Part shown: positions 38,726-47,743 of the stretch, piece by piece
Layout of the letters: each line of letters starts with the position of its first letter
How positions within the stretch are numbered: position 1 is the first letter of the stretch
Source: a virus
Direction: 5' to 3' (one strand)
DNA: 64,000 nucleotides
Virus record (IMG/VR): IMGVR_UViG_3300036770_006330
Translations under genes and position numbers: made by a program
Notes under the pieces: model-generated
Seen by the model: the letters and a program-made list of their open reading frames with translations, nothing else
Databases searched by the model: none
Told to the model about the DNA's origin: nothing

Positions 38726-39204
38726 TCCTGCTGCTCGACAGTGTCGCCATAACCAGCGGCGTCAATGATTGCGAGTGCGGCTGACTCGAGATGCGGGTCG
38801 AGACCGAAAAACTTTTGAACTGCATCAGGAAGGGCGCGCGTTGCACCAGTCATCTTGAGCACAGATGGAGAAGCAAATCCGAGAGACTTGCCGCCCTCGA
38901 GAACCTCTTCACCGTTCAAGTAGATGCCCTTCGTCGTGTGTCCAATGACTTGGCACGCAAAGCGGATTGCATCGAGGCCGCTCTTGGATTCTGAGCCAGC
39001 GTTCTTTTGCCACGCTTTAATTTGCTGCTGCGTAATGTTTGGGCTCACGAGAATCGACACGCCCGGCCGTTCTGGAACGTTGATAAAGATGTCTGGTCGA
39101 CTCACCTTCTTGCTGATTACAGCAGTGAGTTGGTCGAGGACATTGTCCGAATCAACGAGTGGTTCGTTGTCGAAATTGCTTGATTCTGAGTACAGGTTCG
39201 TCAT
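38695..39204 (-). CDS. tail assembly chaperone
   Basis: Between tube and TMP; ends ENPT with slippery site; TGCTAGTGT extended -10 7 nt before ATG (leaderless). Confidence 0.8.
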   Translation of the reverse strand: MTNLYSESSNFDNEPLVDSDNVLDQLTAVISKKVSRPDIFINVPERPGVSILVSPNITQQQIKAWQKNAGSESKSGLDAIRFACQVIGHTTKGIYLNGEEVLEGGKSLGFASPSVLKMTGATRALPDAVQKFFGLDPHLESAALAIIDAAGYGDTVEQQENPTTPSSAN

Positions 39205-39257
39205 GCAGAGAACACTAGCACCATGACCACCCTACTGGTGGATGTCAATAGGTTCTA

Positions 39258-39710
39258 TTACTGAGTTGGCGCGCCAGAAATGGCGAACGTCAACGCAATC
39301 GTTGCGGGGGCGCCCGATGAGGCATCGCCTTCTGGCTCCGAAAGACCAACGAGAAGCGCATTTGAATAGACGCGCTCAGACTGGGCGTTCTTGAGGTCGC
39401 AGTCAGTGTCGTAAATCTTGATTTCGTAGTAAGCCCGACCAACGACCGTACGGACATCCTTGATAATTGTCCGCATGTCTGCATCGTAGTGCTTTGTCAG
39501 CGTGATATCGCCGACTTCAGATGGCGCACACAGCACTTCCGGGAACGGAGTGCCACCTACATAAATTTTCTCGACGGCAGCCGTGATTTCACCACCAGAC
39601 ACCTGGGCAAAGTACCCAGAAAGAGATGGTCCGATAACGGCAACGTTTTGCGTAATCGGCGTGATTTCGGCAATAATCTGCCTCTGAGCCAATTTTGTGG
39701 AAAGAGCCAT
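39258..39710 (-). CDS. tail tube protein
   Basis: 150 aa after sheath; FAQVSGG, GDITLTK, GDASSG. Confidence 0.85.
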   Translation of the reverse strand: MALSTKLAQRQIIAEITPITQNVAVIGPSLSGYFAQVSGGEITAAVEKIYVGGTPFPEVLCAPSEVGDITLTKHYDADMRTIIKDVRTVVGRAYYEIKIYDTDCDLKNAQSERVYSNALLVGLSEPEGDASSGAPATIALTFAISGAPTQ

Positions 39711-39735
39711 GTATTCCTCCGTGTTCCTTTACTAA

Positions 39736-41193
39736 TTACACCAATGTTGCCGTGAGGTTGGACTTGGTGATTTCCACCTCAATCGTGTCGCCGATTGAAG
39801 ATACTCGCGCTCCAACCTTTGCCTTGATGACTCCGGTTGCAAGCTGAGACAGTGGGTTGTTGGCATTGTTGACCTGCACCGTGTAGCCAGGGTCAATCTG
39901 TTTCCCATTAGCGTCAAACGCCTCGTACAATCCTCCGCCAACTCGAATTCGGTCCATGATGGCCACAAGAGTTGCCTGCACTCTTGAGAATGTCGACTGA
40001 CGTCCATCGATTGGCAAGAACAAGAGCGCTTCAAGAGCAATCTCTGATTCATGGACAATCTGGTTCAGCACTTCTCGCGCGATGATGAAGCGATAATTCG
40101 CAACGTCATCCGATGCCGAGCGAGCACCGTACACTCTGACAGTTCCATTGATTACACGAATCGCATTGATGTAGTTATTGTCCAGACTGTCTGCATCCGC
40201 TTTTGACAGTGAAGAGTACACGCCTGTTACGAACGATGCTTCTGTTCTTTCGCCAGCGTATGGGTTCCACGAACCATAGAGATTGTGGACTCTTGCGCGC
40301 TTGCCGCAAACATAGCCTTCCGGTGGAATCGTTGTCGTAAGCGAACCGTTTGGAATCTTCACCCAAGGGTAGAAGAATGCGCCAAATTGCGCATTTGCCA
40401 AACCAGTGTGATTTGCTGCTTCAGAAATGGCAGTCGAGACGCTCGTATCTTTATCGAACGACATGATTGCGATTCTGTTATTGTTTTGAGCATGTGACAG
40501 CAAATAGTTACGGACAGTCTCGCTGGTGAATCCAGGTGCGCATACTGCGCCAGGTCCGAGATTCGAGGTAAACGTGCCGAGAGCAGCATTTACGTCAGCA
40601 TCAACAAGGGCTGAGCCATTGGTTCCGCCAGCAAATGTTGTTGCCGCAGAAACTTTTGGAATCTCCGAAGATGCTCCAGCTGCAGCGGTGAAGTACAGCG
40701 CTGCTACTGGGCTGTTGTTAATTTCCTCAATCGCTGTTTCAGGCGATGTATGTGTCGCTGAAGTGTAGACAAGGCTGCCATTCAGTCGCACCTTGACTCT
40801 AAAGCTGACGCTTGCCGATGGGTGGTCAACCTCTGCGGTAAGACCGCCCGAGTTTGCCCAAGTTCCGGTACCAGAGGCAAGAAGGTTGATGCAAGCCACG
40901 TTGTCGGCATCAAATAGGGTCAAGCCAGCTTCAACGGCATCCTCATCCACGACTCTCGATACGTACGCACGTGCGCCACCCTCTTCGAAGAAGGTTTCAA
41001 TTGTCTGATGCGTCCAGCCGGTTGATACGTAGCCACCAAAGATGTCTTCGAAGTCGGAAAGGCTGGTCACCAAGTGTGATGAACCATCAGGACCACGCTC
41101 AGTTACACCAACAACGAACATCGTTGCTGTGGCCGCGGTCTGGGTGTTGATTGGGCCCGTGCGGACCGCAGTGGTAACAACTATGCCTGGCAT
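39736..41193 (-). CDS. contractile tail sheath protein
   Basis: MPGIVV, GVTERGP, FFEEGG, FYPWVKI, IPPEG, INAIR, VYGARS. Confidence 0.92.
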   Translation of the reverse strand: MPGIVVTTAVRTGPINTQTAATATMFVVGVTERGPDGSSHLVTSLSDFEDIFGGYVSTGWTHQTIETFFEEGGARAYVSRVVDEDAVEAGLTLFDADNVACINLLASGTGTWANSGGLTAEVDHPSASVSFRVKVRLNGSLVYTSATHTSPETAIEEINNSPVAALYFTAAAGASSEIPKVSAATTFAGGTNGSALVDADVNAALGTFTSNLGPGAVCAPGFTSETVRNYLLSHAQNNNRIAIMSFDKDTSVSTAISEAANHTGLANAQFGAFFYPWVKIPNGSLTTTIPPEGYVCGKRARVHNLYGSWNPYAGERTEASFVTGVYSSLSKADADSLDNNYINAIRVINGTVRVYGARSASDDVANYRFIIAREVLNQIVHESEIALEALLFLPIDGRQSTFSRVQATLVAIMDRIRVGGGLYEAFDANGKQIDPGYTVQVNNANNPLSQLATGVIKAKVGARVSSIGDTIEVEITKSNLTATLV

Positions 41194-41291
41194 TTTTCCT
41201 CCGTCCCATTTCAGATAGGAACTACTTTGTATGAGACTACTGAAATTATACCGACCACACGCCTAATCTGGCGTATGTTTGCAGTCTCTGA

Positions 41292-41663
41292 CTATTTGAA
41301 TAGATTGCTTAACTCATCAACTTTCTGTTTTTGCTCTGCCGCAACCTTGACCTTGCTTTTTCGCTTTGGCTTGGTTTCGGAGACCGCTTCTTCCGGTTGA
41401 GATAGTGTTTGACTGCTCTTTTGGCTCTGCTTTGAGCCTTCCTGTGCAGCAGCAATTATGACGATTTTCCCAGTGTCAAGTAGACGTTTTACAAGTTCAT
41501 CATTTGGGTCAACCAGCGCAAAACATCTACCCATAAGATAAGCGCCAGCCATCACCTGAATTGTCTGTGATGTCAAATTGCGCACCTGAACGAGGTGTGA
41601 GTACTCTTTCTGGATGACATCAACTTTGTCGGCTAAACCTACAAAATTTCCGTTAGAGCTCAT
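41292..41663 (-). CDS. hypothetical protein (neck/sheath region)
   Basis: 123 aa, coupled to the upstream gene. Confidence 0.55.
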   Translation of the reverse strand: MSSNGNFVGLADKVDVIQKEYSHLVQVRNLTSQTIQVMAGAYLMGRCFALVDPNDELVKRLLDTGKIVIIAAAQEGSKQSQKSSQTLSQPEEAVSETKPKRKSKVKVAAEQKQKVDELSNLFK

Positions 41664-42295
41664 TGAACCACCACACTAGCTGCGTTCGTGAAATTCGAGA
41701 TATTCGAGTTTAGCGGGTTTTGTCCAACCGTAAGACCATATTGCAGCACCTCGTCGGCAATAAGGTCTCTGGCTATGACTTCGTCGATTGATAATTCATA
41801 TCCAAGATATGCACCAGCAAGAACTCTGTCACCCTTAAGTAAGGTCAAATCAGAAAACTCTTCCACCATCGTTGTTTCTTCTATCCGTGCTTCTCTGTCG
41901 GCCCCTTCTCTTTGCAAACATGGATAGTCAAGTAGGGCAGACCGCACGACTGTCGTCAATCTGTCCCTCATCGCCGTTGTCTGTTCGGAGCCTTCCGTGC
42001 GAACCCAGATGTATGTCCTCATCGCATAGGTAACCTTATACAGCGGGTCAAGGCCAACCCCATAATCCATTCGATTAAAAGAACGCGTTGAAATCGCCAC
42101 TGTTATGATGGTTGGCCAAGAATCAAGAGTAAGTGGTTCATATGTTAAATACTCTTCTGGGTTGGGCAAATCTGCATCATCAAGATTCCAACCGTTTCTA
42201 TACCGAATGAGGCGCCGCGGAATATCCACTTTCAAATATTCAGTCACAAATGACTTCGCAAATTGCGACCCATACATCAACTCTGCGGCCATCAC
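41660..42295 (-). CDS. tail completion/terminator-like protein
   Basis: Position between neck and sheath; WPTIITV motif. Confidence 0.55.
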   Translation of the reverse strand: MMAAELMYGSQFAKSFVTEYLKVDIPRRLIRYRNGWNLDDADLPNPEEYLTYEPLTLDSWPTIITVAISTRSFNRMDYGVGLDPLYKVTYAMRTYIWVRTEGSEQTTAMRDRLTTVVRSALLDYPCLQREGADREARIEETTMVEEFSDLTLLKGDRVLAGAYLGYELSIDEVIARDLIADEVLQYGLTVGQNPLNSNISNFTNAASVVVQ

Positions 42296-42753
42296 AGAAC
42301 CTCTCCACGCGCAATCCAGTCAAGGGCATCAACGCCAAGTTTTTTTGCAAACAGAGGAGGCTCAAACACAATTTTACGTTTTGGCATCTTCGTCGTCCCA
42401 TACTGATGGAATTTTGCGTACTCGACAGTTGTGCCAATAGTGAATGAAGTATTGGTCATTGTTTCAAGTGATGCTGTTGCGCCGGTTAGGCTTGCAAACA
42501 ATCTTCCCGAGCGAACAAGAGGTGGAGCTCCAGGGAATCTTGCCATTTTCCATGCTGCGTACTGAGCATCGAGTGGCTGCCACCCACCGACAGGTAGTCC
42601 ATTCGTCGCGAAGTTAGCAGCGTTCGCAAGTTTGACTTGTTGCTTCGCTTTCACCAACACTGGTGTAAAAAGTTTCGTTCTAGCGTGCATCGCGATTAAA
42701 CGGGCAGACGCTTCCTTTGCACCACTAACGCGCACATCGATGTCAATTGGCAC
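42292..42753 (-). CDS. virion morphogenesis protein (Mu gpG-like)
   Basis: WQPL, LVRSGRLFASL, IGTTVEYAKFHQYGT.KMPKR. Confidence 0.85.
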   Translation of the reverse strand: MPIDIDVRVSGAKEASARLIAMHARTKLFTPVLVKAKQQVKLANAANFATNGLPVGGWQPLDAQYAAWKMARFPGAPPLVRSGRLFASLTGATASLETMTNTSFTIGTTVEYAKFHQYGTTKMPKRKIVFEPPLFAKKLGVDALDWIARGEVL

Positions 42754-43607
42754 TAGATTCTCCGCCTTCTCCAGCGCCGAAGTGCAGCGAGCTCCCTGTC
42801 TGTAAAACCAGTTTCCATTGGTGCGACGTTTCTGGTTGTCAGGTCTTTCACTCCAACGGTGTCATCGTGCATGTTTTGCATTTCTCGAGTTGCTGCGCGA
42901 AGAATAAATAATTTGAACATCTTGATTGCATCGCCGTTCAGCCCGCCGGTATATGTAATTTCAACAACGTCATTTGGAAAGCCCCTGTACAGTTCGATGC
43001 CGTAACGCTGCACTGTGTAGTCATTTCCAGTCGCGGTCGCAGTGCCTCCGGATACGTATGCGCCCAGAGTCTGCGTGTATCCGCCGATTGTGAAAGAAGT
43101 TGGCGTGACTGAAAGTATTTCTCTTCCAGATACATTTAGTCCAGCAGGACTTGCATTCTGGATTGCGACCCGCTGACCTTTTGTAAAATTGTTGGCTGCG
43201 CTAAAGGTGATATTTTCGCCAGACTGAACAGCGCCGGTTATTGATGCCGAACGCTGCAATGCCTCCGCCAGATAAGTTGCGCCCTGAGCGAGATTTCGTA
43301 TTGATACAGATTTGACAGACATAATCGGAGTGTTGCGCATACTCAAGACTATTGATGGCTGTATATAGTTCAGCGTGTCACCAGTGGTATCGAGACTTGC
43401 ATCATAAAAGAAAGACGTAGCCGGAACGCCCTGGAAATAGCTTGGTATTACGTGCTGCTCGACTACTTCTTCTGCCTCGACTGGACGACGCAAAAATGCT
43501 TCAAGCTCACTTTGGAGGCCTTCAAGTACATAATCAGCCGCATCAATTTGGCGCAGACTGAACTTAATGTCCATATACGTCTGCAGTTCTTGGACTGTGA
43601 CGAGCAT
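42753..43607 (-). CDS. head-tail adaptor with inserted fibre-like module
   Basis: MLVTVQELQTYM start, VEITYTGG, RRWRRRRI end. Confidence 0.7.
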   Translation of the reverse strand: MLVTVQELQTYMDIKFSLRQIDAADYVLEGLQSELEAFLRRPVEAEEVVEQHVIPSYFQGVPATSFFYDASLDTTGDTLNYIQPSIVLSMRNTPIMSVKSVSIRNLAQGATYLAEALQRSASITGAVQSGENITFSAANNFTKGQRVAIQNASPAGLNVSGREILSVTPTSFTIGGYTQTLGAYVSGGTATATGNDYTVQRYGIELYRGFPNDVVEITYTGGLNGDAIKMFKLFILRAATREMQNMHDDTVGVKDLTTRNVAPMETGFTDRELAALRRWRRRRI

Positions 43608-43615
43608 TAACTCTC

Positions 43616-43837
43616 CTAGGTTGTTCTGGCGAGGTTAAGACGTCGTCTTTCTCTCAGCAATTCTCGGCCTTGGCCACGCGGCGTTCTTCTTCCGCCACCA
43701 CCAACTACGTCTGCTAGACGATTGAGTCCGTACGAAACGGCTCTCCTCCACCAAGCAGGGCGAAATCCACCAGCCTGCGCAGCCCTCCGCGTCGGAGAGG
43801 GAAGTTCTGTATCAACGGCATTATTAGGAATAGGCAT
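43616..43837 (-). CDS. small Arg-rich protein
   Basis: 73 aa, basic; GAGG RBS. Confidence 0.55.
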   Translation of the reverse strand: MPIPNNAVDTELPSPTRRAAQAGGFRPAWWRRAVSYGLNRLADVVGGGGRRTPRGQGRELLRERRRLNLARTT

Positions 43838-43891
43838 ATAACCTCACAGGTATTCCAAGAAAGTCTACACCATTATAAATTATGACCCCGG

Positions 43892-44437
43892 CTATCGGTC
43901 ATCATTAGGCGGTCGTTCAAGCACCACTGATTCCTGCGCCCCAGATGGAGCCTCAATAGGCACCCACGCTGGAGAGTAAACATGTTCTTTTATTTTGCGC
44001 ATCTTGATTAACGAGCCATCAAGCATCAATTCCGACTCTGTCACGTTCATATTGAACAGTTCATCAATCTGCTCAATTGTGTATTTCCTGCTTTGGTATA
44101 TCTGCTTGACAATTGAAGACATGTGTTTTGCAACGATGCTTCCCTTTGGTCGGTTAACTCGCACATGCATGACCATCGCATCAATGTCATCGACATTAAC
44201 AAGAACGCACGGAACTCCATCGCCGTAGCTTTTTGTCAAACTCTTAGACGAAGAAATTGCAATAAGCCTGTGGTATCCATCAATTACCAATCCGGATGAT
44301 TTCTGCACAATGAGCGGCGAAAGCAGCCCATAATCGGATATTGAATCAGAAAGTATTTTTAGGTCAGGCTTAAGAACGTGTGTGGCTCGCCATGGAGCTG
44401 GAGTCAGGCGTGCCGGCTTAACACTTTCGATTTTCAT
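43892..44437 (-). CDS. ParB/Srx-like N-terminal domain protein (IbrB-like)
   Basis: LSDSISDYGLLSPLIV, VIDGYHR, VNRPKG, YSPAWVP. Confidence 0.8.
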   Translation of the reverse strand: MKIESVKPARLTPAPWRATHVLKPDLKILSDSISDYGLLSPLIVQKSSGLVIDGYHRLIAISSSKSLTKSYGDGVPCVLVNVDDIDAMVMHVRVNRPKGSIVAKHMSSIVKQIYQSRKYTIEQIDELFNMNVTESELMLDGSLIKMRKIKEHVYSPAWVPIEAPSGAQESVVLERPPNDDR

Positions 44438-44775
44438 GGCTGCACCTGTACTCGGACATTTGCGTTCAGTGTTCGAAGGGCATCGATGCTCGTTCGAAGC
44501 GAAAGAAGTTTCTCACGTTTCGCCTTAACAAGACCCTCGGCTAATGCATAGTCATCAAAAAGCGATGCAGTTGTCCATACCGCATATTGTTTCTTTTCCT
44601 CAACTGGGCCCTTACCGGTGAGGTACGCCTTGGCATGTCCGTTCTTGTATGCGGATTCCTTTTTTGCCAAATCGATGCAGAGCGCTTCGAAGGCTTCTGT
44701 TTCTTCCTCAAGCATGTCTGTTAAGCGCAACAACTCTTGCTCGATATCTATTTGGCTAATCGGCCTCGTTCGCAT
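44434..44775 (-). CDS. coiled-coil hypothetical protein
   Basis: Helical; SIDALRTLNANVR end; coupled to flanking genes. Confidence 0.6.
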   Translation of the reverse strand: MRTRPISQIDIEQELLRLTDMLEEETEAFEALCIDLAKKESAYKNGHAKAYLTGKGPVEEKKQYAVWTTASLFDDYALAEGLVKAKREKLLSLRTSIDALRTLNANVRVQVQP

Positions 44776-45292
44776 TTATCAACCCCTCCAGTGGTGTCCA
44801 ATCTATCTTCTCGAGAGCTGAGAGAGCTGTGTTCGGCCATGAAAATTTTGGGCAGCCGAGTTTTGCCATAACCATTTCTTCCAATACCCATGCGTCGCAC
44901 ATATCATCGGCATGCGCGCCTTTCCAGACTATTCCAGTAATAGCTGATATTGAAGATATTACTTCCGACTTGCCAGCATTACCCTTCCCGGTAGCAAATT
45001 TGGCTCTGCATGTTGGCGGTATCTCTAGGTATGGGATATCCATATTCAGTAGGAATACTCTGACAACGCCTCCGAGTTCACCGATTGAGTGAGCCTGCGA
45101 ATTTCGGGAAGCGAAAGAGTAGCCCTCTATTGCCACAATGTCGATTCTTTTATCAACAACAATATTCTCCACTTCTCTTCCAATTTTGCGCAGTCGCTCG
45201 GCCCCAAATTCACCAGTTGATATAAAGCCAGCTTCGCCGTTGTGGCAGTAGCCGGTGGAGGTTAAAGAAAGGTCAAGCCCAAGAACATTCAC
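44756..45292 (-). CDS. ruvC: RuvC-like Holliday junction resolvase
   Basis: VLGLDLSLTSTG, VAIEGY, ELGGVV, KFATGKGNAGK, DDMCDA; GTG start at 45292. Confidence 0.85.
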   Translation of the reverse strand: MNVLGLDLSLTSTGYCHNGEAGFISTGEFGAERLRKIGREVENIVVDKRIDIVAIEGYSFASRNSQAHSIGELGGVVRVFLLNMDIPYLEIPPTCRAKFATGKGNAGKSEVISSISAITGIVWKGAHADDMCDAWVLEEMVMAKLGCPKFSWPNTALSALEKIDWTPLEGLINANEAD

Positions 45293-45309
45293 TTGCGGAA
45301 CTCTATCCC

Positions 45310-45346
45310 AAAAACAAAGACCCGCTGGCTCTAGCAAACCAGCGGG
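45310..45346 (-). terminator. intrinsic terminator
   Basis: CCCGCTGG/CCAGCGGG 8-bp stem followed by TCTTTGTTTTT on the minus strand. Confidence 0.75.
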
Positions 45347-45444
45347 GATTAATCAAGGGCGCGGTGCCCAAGCCTACTTTGCGTGAAACCACTAGACTTA
45401 GGACCACCTGCCTTTCCTCGTGTAGATACGGACTGGCTAGATGT
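45310..45444 (-). ncRNA. candidate structured small RNA
   Basis: TGGTACTCT extended -10 (45458..45450), long imperfect hairpin, terminator, no convincing ORF. Confidence 0.45.
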
Positions 45445-45490
45445 TGGTCAGAGTACCATTACAAAAGTTTCAGCTGGAGTAAATGATTAC

Positions 45491-45793
45491 TTATCTTTCC
45501 CATCCATGCCTAGCAAGACCAAGGTCAAAGGCAAGCTGCGGATAGTTTCCGATTCTGTTGTGACAACCCCTGCACACAGCCAATAAATTATTTTCATCGA
45601 GTATTGACCCTCCCTGTGAGCGACGGACTATTTCATGAATGTCCGTACTTGGTCTACGGTTGTAAATCGAAAGTTCGTCGTGTTCGGCAAAAACCGGACA
45701 CGCTTCGCAATACGGTCTCTGCGCCAACAATCGAGCGACAAGGGGTCTACGCAGCCTGTACTCGGCTTCTTTCTTTTTGGAGCGATATCGCAT
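45491..45793 (-). CDS. HNH endonuclease
   Basis: CEAC...DIHEIVRRSQGG...NLLAVCRGCHN. Confidence 0.85.
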   Translation of the reverse strand: MRYRSKKKEAEYRLRRPLVARLLAQRPYCEACPVFAEHDELSIYNRRPSTDIHEIVRRSQGGSILDENNLLAVCRGCHNRIGNYPQLAFDLGLARHGWER

Positions 45794-46275
45794 TACTGCG
45801 ATTTTATATCGTCAAAACTCCATTTGTTGTCAAGCGCTTCCCAGAGAGCCACGTCAAGGTCTGTCTCTTCCATATCGAATTCAATCATCAGTTCCTTATG
45901 CTTACGGATGGCCGCCTCAAGAAATTGAGCACGCGCAGCGACACTCTCATCTTCCCCAAGCGAAACCACATAATCAAGGCGCTTATCTACATAGAACTTG
46001 AATCGCTCTATTTTGGCCAGCCGTGAATCATATGACGTCATGGCTTCTGCAAGAAGGGCCTTTCCGTCCTCGCCGAATTGGGAATAGCGGTCGATATCAA
46101 GTTCCTTATCGCTCTTGATGTCGTCAATTTGTGCCGAAAGGTTGCGCACCAGCGCGACCAGTGCTCGCTTCCAACGTTCGCGATTTTGCGGCAGTTCAAG
46201 ATACTCGCGCTGCGCATCCGACACGCGGTTCTTTACATCATCAGCAACAAGACGAGAGAAAATCTCGTCATTCAT
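45793..46275 (-). CDS. hypothetical helical protein
   Basis: Start moved to ATG 46275 (MNDEIFSRL) overlapping the upstream stop. Confidence 0.6.
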   Translation of the reverse strand: MNDEIFSRLVADDVKNRVSDAQREYLELPQNRERWKRALVALVRNLSAQIDDIKSDKELDIDRYSQFGEDGKALLAEAMTSYDSRLAKIERFKFYVDKRLDYVVSLGEDESVAARAQFLEAAIRKHKELMIEFDMEETDLDVALWEALDNKWSFDDIKSQ

Positions 46276-47080
46276 TCGCTGGGTTCCAATATGGGCAGAG
46301 AGTTGATTTGAAAAAGCAGAAGTTGCAGAGTCCTGATGGAATGGTAGGCCAGTTTTGTTGTTCATGTGATTTAACTATCTCCTTCTTTGTTGTAACGATT
46401 GTATTTTTTGCTTTCTCCAAATCCAACTCGGACGGAGAATATTTTTTTCGCACACCGTGCTTGATGTACAAAAGTTCTAATTCAAAGTTTTCTTTACCGT
46501 GCAATTCTCGCATCAGGAGTGCGTAAAGGCAGAGTTGAAAAAACTTATCTCCTGCGTATTTATCAGCTGGGACCTTGCCGGTTTTGTAGTCAGAGATTGT
46601 GACCAAGTTATTTGCCTCGACCCAACGGTCTATGTATCCCTTGATGAGCACGCCATCAATTTCGCCGTAAACCTCAAATTCGACACCAGAAGGATTAACC
46701 ATCACGGGGTCTTCCAGCACAAAAATGTTTTCCACACACCACCACGCACTCCAGCGGAAGTCGTTGATTGACTTCCATGTCAATTGAGGCGCGCGCATGT
46801 GGAGCAACGGAGTTACAACATCTTCCCAGCCACCATTAACCCATGTAGCCGTACAGCAAGAACGAAGCGACGCAACGTTTCGCTCTTCCGGCGGGATGGT
46901 TGTATAAAACAACTCCATCACGTCGTGCACGAAATTGCCGAACGTTGTGTGGGTCGTCGGCGGCTCTTTAATTCCGTCAACACGTGAAAGCTTGAACTTG
47001 AGAGGACACTGAATATATGTCTGGATTGAAGATGCAGACAGATGTTCAGGAAGTTTTGGCTGTGGGGCGGCATCCGTCAC
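46268..47080 (-). CDS. PD-(D/E)XK exonuclease (RecB/Cas4-like, Fe-S)
   Basis: LSASSI..Y..CP, GNFVH, GYIDR, DYKTGK, QLCLYA, CNFC....CP. Confidence 0.88.
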   Translation of the reverse strand: MTDAAPQPKLPEHLSASSIQTYIQCPLKFKLSRVDGIKEPPTTHTTFGNFVHDVMELFYTTIPPEERNVASLRSCCTATWVNGGWEDVVTPLLHMRAPQLTWKSINDFRWSAWWCVENIFVLEDPVMVNPSGVEFEVYGEIDGVLIKGYIDRWVEANNLVTISDYKTGKVPADKYAGDKFFQLCLYALLMRELHGKENFELELLYIKHGVRKKYSPSELDLEKAKNTIVTTKKEIVKSHEQQNWPTIPSGLCNFCFFKSTLCPYWNPANE

Positions 47081-47742
47081 TTTGGCTCATTTTCTACAAT
47101 AATTCCGCCAAACATGATGCGGGTTGCCTCAACGGTCAGGAACTCAATTTCCTCAGCCTTGGCCGTTTCCTTCGTCGGTGTTGGCTTTCCACCAGAGAAT
47201 GCGGACCAGGAGGCGCGGAGTTCTTCTTTTTGCTCCTTATTGAGCGACTTGCTCAAGGAGACGAACTGGTCCCACGGTGTTGGTTCTGCCTTTGGTGCTG
47301 CCTCGACTTCTGCCGTTGCTTCCATGACCTGCTCAATCTCAATTGCATCGTCAGTACGAGCAAGATACAGACCGACACCGAGCGTCTGGGCTGCCTTCTT
47401 CAACGCGTCTGAAATCGCGCCCTTGAACTCATCGCCGAGGTCAACAATCGTTCCCTGCTTCGTGCGCTTGATTTTCTGACCACCGATTCCGTCGCGGATG
47501 ATGTTTGCTCCATCGCCAGAGACGTATTCAAGACGAACGTGAGCGACAACAAAGTCCGGGTCAATCGCATCGCGTTCACACTTGATGACGGTCATTGACC
47601 ATTTGTCGACACCAAGAACTTTGTTCATGCGGTTGATGACTTCGCTGACAGGTATGTACGTCAGTGAAGTTCCGCTCTTGGTGATTGTTCGCTCCACCTC
47701 TGGGTGGAACGGCTCGGTTAGTTGCTGGTAGATGTTTGCCAC
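47077..47742 (-). CDS. Rad52/Sak-family single-strand annealing protein
   Basis: LTEPF, LTYI...VINRMNKVLG..W, RDGIG, KGAISDALKKAA..LGVGLYL. Confidence 0.88.
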   Translation of the reverse strand: MANIYQQLTEPFHPEVERTITKSGTSLTYIPVSEVINRMNKVLGVDKWSMTVIKCERDAIDPDFVVAHVRLEYVSGDGANIIRDGIGGQKIKRTKQGTIVDLGDEFKGAISDALKKAAQTLGVGLYLARTDDAIEIEQVMEATAEVEAAPKAEPTPWDQFVSLSKSLNKEQKEELRASWSAFSGGKPTPTKETAKAEEIEFLTVEATRIMFGGIIVENEPK

Positions 47743-47743
47743 G

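Noticed and set aside
45383-45586. Plus-strand 67-aa ORF
   Set aside because: Antisense to the operon, overlaps HNH, no RBS
45310-45793. HNH plus RNA as an IscB/OMEGA RNA-guided nuclease
   Set aside because: HNH is only 100 aa with no RuvC split or PLMP domain; the neighbouring RuvC is a typical resolvase; the RNA has its own promoter and terminator
46268-47080. Cas4 as part of a CRISPR system
   Set aside because: No array or other cas genes; adjacent to Sak, so a recombination exonuclease
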